Below are positions 1 to 8,215 of a stretch of 33,094 nucleotides of DNA, piece after piece. The notes under the pieces are model-generated. The model was not told where the DNA came from. It saw nothing but the letters and a program-made list of their open reading frames with translations, and did not search any database. The translations under genes were made by a program, and so were the position numbers. This stretch comes from a virus (taxonomy: Duplodnaviria; Caudoviricetes). Positions within the stretch are counted from its first letter, which is position 1. Every line of letters starts with the position of its first letter. The stretch is taken from positions 1 through 33,094 of IMG/VR virus record IMGVR_UViG_3300036793_000015, one strand, 5' to 3'.

Positions 1-42
1 ATCCAATGCCTTGCCGAATTGCTGCTTCGTCATATCACGCAT
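1..42 (-). CDS. 5' end of a leftward gene (MRDMTKQQFGKALD...), possibly an HTH repressor; runs off the window
   Basis: ATG at 42 on the minus strand with AGGGAGG RBS (50-56); divergent from the small DNA-binding ORF at 199; only 14 codons visible. Confidence 0.5.
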   Translation of the reverse strand, partial: MRDMTKQQFGKALD

Positions 43-60
43 TTTGCGGCCTCCCTAAGC

Positions 61-72
61 TGCAAATTTGCA
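61..72. repeat. Palindrome TGCAAATTTGCA, copy 1
   Basis: Exact 12-bp palindrome just upstream of the RBS of the leftward gene. Confidence 0.9.
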
Positions 73-163
73 CCTCGTCATCGCACCCATGTTTTCTCAT
101 AAGCCCGGAAGTATGTCAATATAAATCTGCACTTAGTTCGCAGATTATTTAATCCGTTAGGAC

Positions 164-192
164 TTGACAGACTTTCAGGACTGCGGTAAGTT
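164..192 (+). promoter_or_regulatory. Sigma70-type promoter for the 199 ORF, probably giving a leaderless transcript
   Basis: TTGACA (164-169), 17-nt spacer, TAAGTT (187-192); GTG start at 199 with no RBS. Confidence 0.7.
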
Positions 193-198
193 GAGCGG

Positions 199-456
199 GT
201 GAAGATTATCCATGTCCAAGTTCAGGAAGATGTACTGGCAGCGATCAAGGTAAATTGTGCGAATCGCCGAATCACGCAGAAGGAGTGGATGTTATGGGCT
301 ATCGATGATGCGCTAGAGACTGTAGAACGCAGCAATGGGCAAAAGGCCGCATCCGCTCCCAAAAAAGACAAACCGAAAGATCGGGCTGTGGCTCGCGGCG
401 AGAAATCATCTAAGCGGCTTACGGCGGAGCAGTTGGGCAAACACAACAACTGCTAA
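199..456 (+). CDS. Small putative DNA-binding protein (ribbon-helix-helix-like N-terminus, basic tail)
   Basis: N-terminal alternating strand KIIHVQVQ followed by two predicted helices; own promoter; downstream hairpin. Confidence 0.55.
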   Translation: MKIIHVQVQEDVLAAIKVNCANRRITQKEWMLWAIDDALETVERSNGQKAASAPKKDKPKDRAVARGEKSSKRLTAEQLGKHNNC

Positions 457-477
457 TCAACTAATGGCAGCTTAAAA

Positions 478-520
478 CTTGCAGCGGGGCAGGAACTAGT
501 GACGCCTGCCCCAAGCAAGT
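478..520 (+). terminator. GC-rich stem-loop after the 199 ORF, possible terminator
   Basis: GGGGCAGG (486-493) pairs with CCTGCCCC (505-512); outer ACTTGC/GCAAGT arms; U-tract weak. Confidence 0.4.
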
Positions 521-668
521 CATTTATGACCGGATTACGGTGGTAATTATCTTGTCTTACGAGGTGACTATGGCAATCCTCTCCGTCCAATTGCACAATT
601 TCCGGAGGTGCAAATTTGGGCACTTATATCTTTGGCTCACATGTATAATTATCCTTGCCGTGACAGGG

Positions 669-1496
669 CTAGTCGGCCTCGGTATTTTGTCCGCAATTGT
701 TAATCGTACCAACCGTGCCGACTGGAGCAACCAAGCAATAGTGCGTGTGGTGGGTCATTTTACCGAACTGGTCTCTGTAGGAGATGCAACCGACCAGTTG
801 AATGAATTGCCCGACTTGGAAATCGCTCTTCGTGAATCCAGGTATTCCGTGGCTGGTATAGGTCGTTACTTGCATTGGGAAAACCGAACCTCCATACATT
901 CTGGGATTATTTTTGGTGAACTCATTCCCGTCCGCGAGAGCGCAAGTGCTTTCTCCAAACTTTTGCAATTGGGCAAATGGATCACGAGGGGCAAATGGTT
1001 CTTTCGAGAAGTCCGGATCATATATCTCAATGAAATCGCTGACAGACAGTGCCGGAGAACTCCCGTAATTCTTAATCTTGATTTCAAGGGAGCCACTGAC
1101 GAAATAAGTAATGTCTTTCCCGCTTCCAGCTTTAATGAAACCAATTGGGGCAACGAGTCGCACGGTTTCAACTCCTACCCACGGGCGCTGACTGGTTTGA
1201 AGACTTTCCCGCGTGAGCCGATTAGATTCGATCATCTGATCGAGTTGGCCGGAATAAATACACGCGACTTTGATCGCAACCAAGAACGTACCGATAACAA
1301 ATACAAACTCCCACGCCTTAATGTCCTTCCAGAATGGCTTAGGCGGTTTATGGTGGTAGCAGGAGTATGCGCTTTCGGTTGGGGATTCTGGGTTTTTCAA
1401 CACAGGGATAGCGTCACGGAACGCACTGCTCTCTTTGGGATCATTTCTTTGCTCGGCGGTGTTATCTTGAGCTTTTGGAGTATCTGATTCGTTCAT
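669..1496 (-). CDS. IS passenger: hypothetical single-pass membrane protein (~275 aa)
   Basis: ORF wholly inside the IS; TM segment FVFVIGTFLVAIKVACIY followed by a coiled segment and a globular domain; ATG at 1496 chosen because it avoids overlap with the 1512 ORF. Confidence 0.7.
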   Translation of the reverse strand: MNESDTPKAQDNTAEQRNDPKESSAFRDAIPVLKNPESPTESAYSCYHHKPPKPFWKDIKAWEFVFVIGTFLVAIKVACIYSGQLDQMIESNRLTRESLQTSQRPWVGVETVRLVAPIGFIKAGSGKDITYFVSGSLEIKIKNYGSSPALSVSDFIEIYDPDFSKEPFAPRDPFAQLQKFGESTCALADGNEFTKNNPRMYGGSVFPMQVTTYTSHGIPGFTKSDFQVGQFIQLVGCISYRDQFGKMTHHTHYCLVAPVGTVGTINNCGQNTEAD

Positions 1497-1511
1497 GGGG
1501 TCACGCTCGCT

Positions 1512-1673
1512 ATGAAGCAACCTGAATACATCGAAGGCCCGGAAGCACACAGAAGATTTGAGCAGGGCATGATAGCACTGTTCAAGGTTCCCAAGAGTGC
1601 TGTCCCGCAAACGAAAAAGCAGCCGAAGAAGGCTGCTAGATCGCGCAAATCCAAGCGTGCCGACAAGGATTAA
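1512..1673 (+). CDS. Small basic IS-associated protein (53 aa, MKQPEYIEGPEAHRRFEQGMIALFKVPK...)
   Basis: Below the ORF-track cutoff; fills the gap between passenger and transposase; its TAA overlaps the transposase stop (TTAA 1670-1673). Confidence 0.6.
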   Translation: MKQPEYIEGPEAHRRFEQGMIALFKVPKSAVPQTKKQPKKAARSRKSKRADKD

Positions 1674-2662
1674 AAGGGAACTTGCGTTTCCCGCGTCCCT
1701 GTCGTTTCGTGGTGGAGCGAGTCGGTTCCTTTACCAGTGAGTTGAGCGTAAGTAAGTCGCTTGCCGAATACTTGGCTCATGGCGAGAGAGAATCGCTGAC
1801 CGTCGTTCATATCTTTGCGGTTGTTGTACCGGAAAGTCTGTTCATCAAGGTAGCGAAACAAATGAAACGGCTCAACCGATACGTAGGTTCCCGCGATACC
1901 GCGCTTCAACAGCGACCAGAAGTTCTCAAGGCCGTTGGTGTGTACGCGGCCGTCTACGTATTGAACGGCATGATCGACAACCTTGTGCGCGTAATCTGTT
2001 GCCAGTCCCTCGTAGGACAAGAGAGCGTCAGAGTACAACGCAGCGCCAGCTTCGACATGCTTGCGAACTTCGCCCTGCAATGCGTGCTTCTTGCGATTGG
2101 GTACAACCGTAGTCCTGATTTTTCCGCCGCGTTCCAAGATGCCCATGACAGCGGTTTTGTCTTTGGTTCCAGTTCCAGTGATTCGGCGCTTGCGCTCGCT
2201 GACATGCATGTTCCGCGCCTTGCCGCCGATGAACGATTCGTCTACTTCGACTTCTCCGCCACCGCCACCAAGTTTCGAGCCGTAGAAGTCATCTTGCAAA
2301 GCCAAGCGCAACCGCTGGAGCATGAACCATGCCGACTTCTGAGTTACGCCGATAGCGCGGTGAATCTCCATACTGGAAACACCGTTCTTGCAGTTGACGA
2401 GCATCCAGAACGCCGCCATCCACTTATCCAATGGAATCGCGGAATCTTCCATCACGGTGCCGACCTTAATGGAGAATTGCTTCTTGCACTCGTAGCAAAA
2501 CCAAATACGCCGCGTCTTGAGGAACGAATGCTTTGCCTTGCCACAACGCGGACAGGCGACGTTCCCATCCGGCCAGCGGTAGCGCACGGCATAGTCGAAG
2601 GCTTGCTGCGGATCGGCGAAGTGCGCGATGGCTTCTTGCAAGGTTTTGAGTTGCTTAACCAT
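1670..2662 (-). CDS. tnp: IS1595-family DDE transposase
   Basis: Zn ribbon CPRC...CYEC, HTH, catalytic motifs VEVDESFIGG, LYSD, VHTNGLENFW, and YLDEQTFRYN. Confidence 0.96.
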   Translation of the reverse strand: MVKQLKTLQEAIAHFADPQQAFDYAVRYRWPDGNVACPRCGKAKHSFLKTRRIWFCYECKKQFSIKVGTVMEDSAIPLDKWMAAFWMLVNCKNGVSSMEIHRAIGVTQKSAWFMLQRLRLALQDDFYGSKLGGGGGEVEVDESFIGGKARNMHVSERKRRITGTGTKDKTAVMGILERGGKIRTTVVPNRKKHALQGEVRKHVEAGAALYSDALLSYEGLATDYAHKVVDHAVQYVDGRVHTNGLENFWSLLKRGIAGTYVSVEPFHLFRYLDEQTFRYNNRKDMNDGQRFSLAMSQVFGKRLTYAQLTGKGTDSLHHETTGTRETQVPF

Positions 2663-2669
2663 GAATAAA

Positions 2670-2698
2670 ATCTTACACTAGGAACACATGTGTGTCAA
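2670..2698 (-). promoter_or_regulatory. Transposase promoter with its -35 inside the terminal inverted repeat; probably leaderless
   Basis: Minus strand TTGACA (2698-2693), 17 nt, TAAGAT (2675-2670), then 7 nt to the ATG. Confidence 0.75.
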
Positions 2699-2878
2699 GG
2701 ATATATTTGCCCAAATTTGCACCGATATTTCCACTCCCGGCGTGGTCGCTGAATTTTAATCTTTACAAAGCCTAGCATTATAAGGTATTTGTGAATCAAG
2801 TATTACCCCTACAACTTACTCCAGCGATCCCCTCGCTGTGATGCGTACTCCGATTCCTAATTCGGGGTAAAAGCACCA

Positions 2879-3289
2879 ATGCGTATAGGTATCATCCTAG
2901 CCAGCCATGATCCGAAGTTAGATCGGCCCTCCCATTTCATTTCCAGTTCCCTTTCCGCCTTGCTCTTAATCGAGCCCAAGGAAAACGGCGGCTTCATTGC
3001 GGTCAAAGTCTCGGAAGCTTTGATCTGGCTTAAGATCGATGAACCAATTTCGTCAATCAAGGCGCGCTACCGTTCCAGTAAGCCTAGCCTCAAGCCAATC
3101 CCACGACTGCTTCCGCCTCGCCGCCCGATCAATTTAGATTTGTCTTACCCAGAGCCCGGACGCACTTCTATCCATCATCCGCACGCGGCTTTCGTGAATG
3201 CCTGCAAATTTGCAGCCAGTTCCTCTTCGCTTAAGAAGAAATCCCGAACGGAAAGAATGGGTCGAATGGAACGTGAGTACCGCTGGTGA
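2879..3289 (+). CDS. Hypothetical phage protein
   Basis: 136-aa ORF whose stop overlaps the next GTG (GTGA). Confidence 0.55.
   Translation: MRIGIILASHDPKLDRPSHFISSSLSALLLIEPKENGGFIAVKVSEALIWLKIDEPISSIKARYRSSKPSLKPIPRLLPPRRPINLDLSYPEPGRTSIHHPHAAFVNACKFAASSSSLKKKSRTERMGRMEREYRW
3203..3214. repeat. Palindrome TGCAAATTTGCA, copy upstream of terS
   Basis: Exact match; extends to the 14-bp palindrome CTGCAAATTTGCAG (3202-3215). Confidence 0.9.
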
Positions 3290-3453
3290 GTATCTTGGGC
3301 CAAATCATCAAGGCAGAGCGCAGCCAGGTATTTGACCGCGGGAACTCGGCAACCGTTACGGTGCGCGAGATGCTGGAATCCAAAAATAAGTATTGCACCA
3401 ACTGTGACCTGCCTGAGTGTCTATGCAGGTGTATAAAGAGTAAACATGCCTAA
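3286..3453 (+). CDS. Small Cys-rich protein (55 aa, ...YCTNCDLPECLCRC...)
   Basis: Translated by hand; GTG overlaps the upstream stop and the end overlaps the terS start. Confidence 0.55.
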   Translation: MSILGQIIKAERSQVFDRGNSATVTVREMLESKNKYCTNCDLPECLCRCIKSKHA

Positions 3454-3871
3454 GGGAATCCCTAAGGACGGCAGTAAGGGTGGCCGTCCGCCTAAGACCA
3501 TTAACTGGATCGAGTTCGAAAAACTGTGCCGCATTCAGTGCACTCTTGAGGAAATTGCCGCCTACTTCGAAGTCACCCCGGAACTTATTGAGCGGAAGGT
3601 AGTTGAAGAGAAACAAACAACTTTTAAAGAATATTTCGGGGCAAAACATGGCCTCGGGAAAATTAGCCTTCGCCGGAAGATGAATCAGCTCGCCCTCAAG
3701 GGTGACAGAACCATGCTGATCTGGTTGAGCAAGAACAGATTAGGGATGCGAGACAAGCACGAACACTCAGGCCCAGACGGAGGGCCAATCCCCGTGAGCC
3801 TCGAAGGCGCGCAAGCGGCACTCGCCGATATGCTTGCGGAAGTGGCGTCTAGGAAATCCGAAACCAAGTGA
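3446..3871 (+). CDS. terS: Terminase small subunit
   Basis: GGRP N-terminal motif, HTH (CTLEEIAAYFEV), MLIWLSKNRLG, C-terminal HEHSGPDGGPI; coupled to terL. Confidence 0.85.
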   Translation: MPKGIPKDGSKGGRPPKTINWIEFEKLCRIQCTLEEIAAYFEVTPELIERKVVEEKQTTFKEYFGAKHGLGKISLRRKMNQLALKGDRTMLIWLSKNRLGMRDKHEHSGPDGGPIPVSLEGAQAALADMLAEVASRKSETK

Positions 3872-5430
3872 CAACGGAACTCTTCCCGCTTGACGAGATT
3901 AAGGCGCTCATGCCGTTCATGACGGTAGAGGAAACGCTGCGCGTCATTAAGCTCGTCAAGGTCATTCAGTTGTCCGCTCCGCCTCCAAAGCCAGTGTCCG
4001 AATTGGACATGCTGAACATGGAGATGGATCTAGCGGCATTCTTTCGTGCGGCTTGGACGATACTCGAACCTGGCAAGCCCCTACTTTGGTCATGGCATTA
4101 TTCGCTGATCGCTGAATATTTGACCTTGGTAGCGCAAAAGAAATTGCGGCGGCTGATAATTAATGTTCCGCCGAGGACCGCCAAAAGCGCCTATGTTACC
4201 AAGTGTTTCCCTGTTTGGATGTGGTTGCAAAATCCCGCTGTCTCGTTCCTGTTCGCTTCATATTCATCCGCCTTATCAACAGATCATTCCGTAGACCGTC
4301 GCAACCTGATTCAGTCGCAATGGTTTCAATCTCTGTGGGCTGACAAGTTCCAACTCGCCCCTGATCGAAACCTCACCACACAGTTCTCGAACGACAAAAT
4401 GGGTCAGATGGTAGCGACCTCGACTGGCTCCGGAGCAGAGGGCCGCGGCGGGGATATTGTCATTCTCGATGACCCAATGTCCAACAAACAGGCATTGTCG
4501 GATACCGAGCGCTATGCCGCGAATCGCTGGATATCGGCCACATTGAAACAACGCCTAAACGATCCAGCGACGGCCGCAATCATTGTGGTCATGCAGCGAC
4601 TTCACGAGATGGACACAACGGGCTACGTGCAAAAGGAAGACCCTGGCATGTGGGCAAAGATCGAATTGCCCCTCGTGGCTGAGAAGGATGAGCGCTGGGA
4701 GTTCCCCATCTCCGGACGAGTCGTTACGCGCAAAGAGGGTGACGTTCTTCAGCCTGAACGCTTTACCCCAGAGATTGTTAAGGAAAAGCAGGCCGACCGC
4801 CTTGTTTACGCTGGCCAGTACCAGCAGCACCCCACGCCGCTCGAGGGGAACCTGATCAAGCGCAGCGACATCAAGTATTACGGTGGAAGTGATCCGCTAA
4901 CCGGGGAGCGGGATGAGTCTTTGCCGGAAATCTTCGACAAGAAACTGATCAGCGTGGATTGCGCGTTCAAGGAAACCAAGACCTCTGATTATGTAGCTAT
5001 TGGAGTTATCGGCGTCAAAGGCCGCAAGCGATTCATTCTCGATATCGTCAACGAGCATCTTGATGTCATCGCAACCGAGTCAGTAATCCGCCGCAAGCGT
5101 GAGCAGTATTCAAACAAAGACGGATATGTTTCCGCCATCTTGGTTGAGGACAAAGCAAATGGGCCGGCCGTAATTCAGCGCCTTCGCCAGAACGTTACCG
5201 GAGTGATCCCTATTGAGCCTCTAGGCGGGAAGATCGCCAGGTTCTGTGCAGTGGCCCCGGAATGGCAATCTGGTGATTGGTACGTAGACCGAGCGGCCGC
5301 ATGGACGGAACCATTCGTACGGCAAATCACCATGTTTCCAATGGCCGAAAACGACGATATGGCCGACTGTATGTCACAGGTTGGGATTCACCTCGGAACC
5401 ACCAATCTCTCCGTATGGGCGAACCTGTAA
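3868..5430 (+). CDS. terL: Terminase large subunit
   Basis: Walker A INVPPRTAKS, Walker B IVILDDP, coupling motif VVMQRLH, nuclease motifs SVDCAFK...SDY, VEDKANG, DDMAD. Confidence 0.97.
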   Translation: MTTELFPLDEIKALMPFMTVEETLRVIKLVKVIQLSAPPPKPVSELDMLNMEMDLAAFFRAAWTILEPGKPLLWSWHYSLIAEYLTLVAQKKLRRLIINVPPRTAKSAYVTKCFPVWMWLQNPAVSFLFASYSSALSTDHSVDRRNLIQSQWFQSLWADKFQLAPDRNLTTQFSNDKMGQMVATSTGSGAEGRGGDIVILDDPMSNKQALSDTERYAANRWISATLKQRLNDPATAAIIVVMQRLHEMDTTGYVQKEDPGMWAKIELPLVAEKDERWEFPISGRVVTRKEGDVLQPERFTPEIVKEKQADRLVYAGQYQQHPTPLEGNLIKRSDIKYYGGSDPLTGERDESLPEIFDKKLISVDCAFKETKTSDYVAIGVIGVKGRKRFILDIVNEHLDVIATESVIRRKREQYSNKDGYVSAILVEDKANGPAVIQRLRQNVTGVIPIEPLGGKIARFCAVAPEWQSGDWYVDRAAAWTEPFVRQITMFPMAENDDMADCMSQVGIHLGTTNLSVWANL

Positions 5431-5603
5431 CCCCACTGTGGTCATGTTTACGCTGTCATCCAACCAAGCTATCGCCCGATCAGAGCGTGCGAGTTCTATT
5501 CTGTATCCAGTGCACAGCCTACCAGTCGCATTACCAGCCGAGCGCGGTGCGGGTAAAGGTCGAGGACTTGCCGGCCAACCTTCAGGTGTGGGCAAAGTTA
5601 TGA
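5415..5603 (+). CDS. Small zinc-ribbon protein (62 aa; CLRC...CIQC)
   Basis: ATG at 5415 overlaps the end of terL; two CxxC pairs; stop overlaps the next ATG. Confidence 0.55.
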   Translation: MGEPVTPLWSCLRCHPTKLSPDQSVRVLFCIQCTAYQSHYQPSAVRVKVEDLPANLQVWAKL

Positions 5604-5865
5604 GACGTTCGAAGTTAAATCCTATTGTTTGCGAGGAGAATCGAACGCCAGAGCGGGGCTGGGAATCGACTCTTGGTTTCCAGCCTTTTCCCAAAAATAG
5701 ATTAGGACCATGAAACTACCCCACGCCATTAATTCCCCGTATGTTCCACCACCGAATGATCTACAGGCTCCGGGGAACCTTTCGGCGGAGAGCCGAGCTA
5801 TGGCTGGGTAGTGGCACTCGCCATACTTGTATTCGCATTAATTGTGGCATGTTCCCACAACTGAA

Positions 5866-8022
5866 ATGGCCCGTTCGGTTAAATCCGTAGCAAAGCAGGC
5901 GTTGAAGGCAGATGAGAAGCTGCGCGCCAAGAATGCCACGACCAGCACGCAAGACTCGTTCCAGAACTTCAGCGCGAAACTCGGCATTGGCACCGCGAAC
6001 ATGTCGAGCGGGGCCACCTACGGCCTGAACGCGCTGACACGGCAGCGCACGCTGCTCGAGTGGATTCACCGCGGAACGTGGATAGGCGGCTTGGCCGTCG
6101 ACATCGTAGCGGACGATATGACCAAGCGCGGCATAGACATACGCGGGGATATCGATCCTGAGCACATTGATCATCTGGCGCGCGCCGCGGTCTCGTGGAA
6201 GATATGGCAAGCCATTAACTCAACTATCAAGTGGGCGCGGCTGTACGGCGGCGCGCTGGGCTTCTTGTTGATCGATGGGCAAGACCCCAAGACTCCGCTG
6301 CGGATCGAGACGATCAGGAAGGGTCAATTTAAGGGCATGCTGGCGCTCGACCGCTGGATGGTGGAACCAGACCTATCGAACCTTGTCACCGATCTCGGCC
6401 CGGAACTTGGACTGCCGAAGTATTACCACACCAACACCATGGCTCCGGCCATGCCTAATGCGACTATTCATCATTCCCGATGCCTGAGGATGGTTGGCAT
6501 CCAGCTTCCCTACTGGCAATCACTGATGGAAAACCTGTGGGGCATCTCGGTTATTGAGCGTCTTTATGATCGCATGGTAGCATTCGATTCTGCCTCGCAA
6601 GGCGCTGCGCAACTTGTTTATAAGTCATATCTTAGAACGGTAAACATTAAAGGCTTGCGTGAACTAGTAGCTGCTGGCGGCCCAGCTTTGGACGGCCTCG
6701 TGAAGTACATGGGGATGATCTCCAGTTTCCAGTCGATTGAAGGACTCACGATTCTCGACGGGGATGACATATTCAATGCCAGCAGCGCAGGCGGGAACTC
6801 AGCGCGTGGCCTTGCTGATCTCTTGTTGTCATTCGGTGAGCAGTTGAGCGGTTCCCTGCAAATCCCACTTGTTCGGTTATTTGGCCAATCGCCGCGTGGC
6901 ATGAACTCGAGCGGTGAATCGGAACTGAGGACCTACTACGACGGCATCAACATGCAGCAAGAGCAGTTCCTGCGGGTTGCGGTGACCATGATCTACCGCT
7001 GCCTTGCTGCGAGTGAGGGCATAACGCTCCCAGAGGGCTTCTGGTTCGACTTCCGGCCATTGTGGATACTGGATGATCTCCAGAAAGCGCAGGTAGCAGC
7101 GACTACGTTCTCTGCAATCGCTCAACTGGATCAAGCTGGAATCATTGACCGTGCTACTGGGTTGAAGGAAGTTAAACAATCGTCCAAGATTACCGGCATT
7201 GGGACTAACGTTTCCGATGAAGCTATCAAGGAAGCTGAGCAGGAGCCGCCACCATCGGCACAGGAAATGCTGTCCATGGAACAACAAAAACAGGCCATGG
7301 AAGAGGGGCAAGAGCCTGAGTCTCAACAGTCTAAAAAGACTCAATTGAATAAGTCTAATAAGACCAATAAGACTGGAAAGACTGTCGGAAAGACGAAAGA
7401 CAGGATGCTTGGCGATGTGGAAGTCTTTGGTTTGCCGGTAGTTATAGAGCACCTGAAGGGCGAAGAGCGCTATGGTGTCCGGCTGCCTGCCGATTACGGC
7501 TACATTCGCGGTACAGACAGCTCGGAGCGGGGAGAGCAGATGGACTGCTTTATCGGCCCTGACCCAAATGGCCTTATTTTCATCGTGGATGCGTATGACC
7601 GGTTTACCGGGGAATACGATGAATCGAAGATACTTATGGGCTTTGCGAGCGCGCAAGTCGCCCGAATGACCTTTTGGCAGTATTACGGGATGATGCCGCA
7701 GCAGCAGCTTGTCGGGAACGTCTATGACCCAGTTACGGCGGATGAGTTGAAGCGCTGGCTGGCTACCGGGGATGTGACTAAGCCGTATATTGAGCCCACG
7801 TATGTGGGGTACGTTTCGGCAACTTCAGATGCAAGCCAAAGGTGCGACCACTGCCAGAACTACGCCTCTGGCCTGTGTGCTGATCCTGCCGTCCAGCGCG
7901 ACCCGCGCGTGCCGTTCTCGTGGGACAGCCAAAACAAGAGCGTCTCGCCGGCTGGCTGGTGCACGCAGTTCATGACTAAAACCTCGTATTCAGGAAGGCG
8001 GGACGATGCTGCCACCTCGTAA
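5866..8022 (+). CDS. DUF1073/HI1409-like portal protein fused to a pyrophosphatase-like domain and a HiPIP-like domain
   Basis: Portal motifs VDIVADDMTKRG, WARLYGG, IHHSR, IPLVRLFGQSPRGMNSSGESE..YYD; then LPADYGYIRGT...DESKILMGF; then CDHC...C...GWC. Confidence 0.92.
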   Translation: MARSVKSVAKQALKADEKLRAKNATTSTQDSFQNFSAKLGIGTANMSSGATYGLNALTRQRTLLEWIHRGTWIGGLAVDIVADDMTKRGIDIRGDIDPEHIDHLARAAVSWKIWQAINSTIKWARLYGGALGFLLIDGQDPKTPLRIETIRKGQFKGMLALDRWMVEPDLSNLVTDLGPELGLPKYYHTNTMAPAMPNATIHHSRCLRMVGIQLPYWQSLMENLWGISVIERLYDRMVAFDSASQGAAQLVYKSYLRTVNIKGLRELVAAGGPALDGLVKYMGMISSFQSIEGLTILDGDDIFNASSAGGNSARGLADLLLSFGEQLSGSLQIPLVRLFGQSPRGMNSSGESELRTYYDGINMQQEQFLRVAVTMIYRCLAASEGITLPEGFWFDFRPLWILDDLQKAQVAATTFSAIAQLDQAGIIDRATGLKEVKQSSKITGIGTNVSDEAIKEAEQEPPPSAQEMLSMEQQKQAMEEGQEPESQQSKKTQLNKSNKTNKTGKTVGKTKDRMLGDVEVFGLPVVIEHLKGEERYGVRLPADYGYIRGTDSSERGEQMDCFIGPDPNGLIFIVDAYDRFTGEYDESKILMGFASAQVARMTFWQYYGMMPQQQLVGNVYDPVTADELKRWLATGDVTKPYIEPTYVGYVSATSDASQRCDHCQNYASGLCADPAVQRDPRVPFSWDSQNKSVSPAGWCTQFMTKTSYSGRRDDAATS

Positions 8023-8215
8023 CGCCCCCCTCTTCTTCGACCTGCTTCCATCTCTTCCGGGGGATGTTCCGTTAGGTCAGATGGTCGCATGTCCAGCCGT
8101 AGACGGTGACATGATCTTTTTCAACGGGGCCGCGTCTCTGGTGTTGGAATACCCGAACGGCGAACTTCGGTTTACGCCCCCATCTTGTATCGGCAGCAAG
8201 GAGTCGGGAAATTGA
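8006..8215 (+). CDS. Hypothetical protein
   Basis: Overlaps the portal stop; coupled to the next ORF. Confidence 0.5.
   Translation: MLPPRNAPLFFDLLPSLPGDVPLGQMVACPAVDGDMIFFNGAASLVLEYPNGELRFTPPSCIGSKESGN

Larger units (their letters stand above)
619..2711 (-). mobile_element. IS1595-family insertion sequence carrying passenger genes
   Basis: 26-bp imperfect terminal inverted repeats (GGCACTTATATCTTTGGCTCACATGT vs GGCAAATATATCCTTGACACACATGT, 21/26); 8-bp direct repeat CAAATTTG at 611-618 and 2712-2719; IS1595-type transposase inside. Confidence 0.93.

Noticed and set aside
2755-2800. Possible late promoter (TTTACA...TATAAG) after the IS
   Set aside because: Hexamer spacing does not fit a sigma70 promoter; AT-richness alone is not enough
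5866-7250. Anti-CBASS Acb1 label sometimes attached to DUF1073 proteins
   Set aside because: Position and motifs indicate a portal; I see no 2H-phosphodiesterase HxT pair
6877-7656. 259-aa minus-strand ORF and similar short antisense ORFs across the late operon
   Set aside because: Lie opposite well-supported plus-strand genes and show no recognisable motifs
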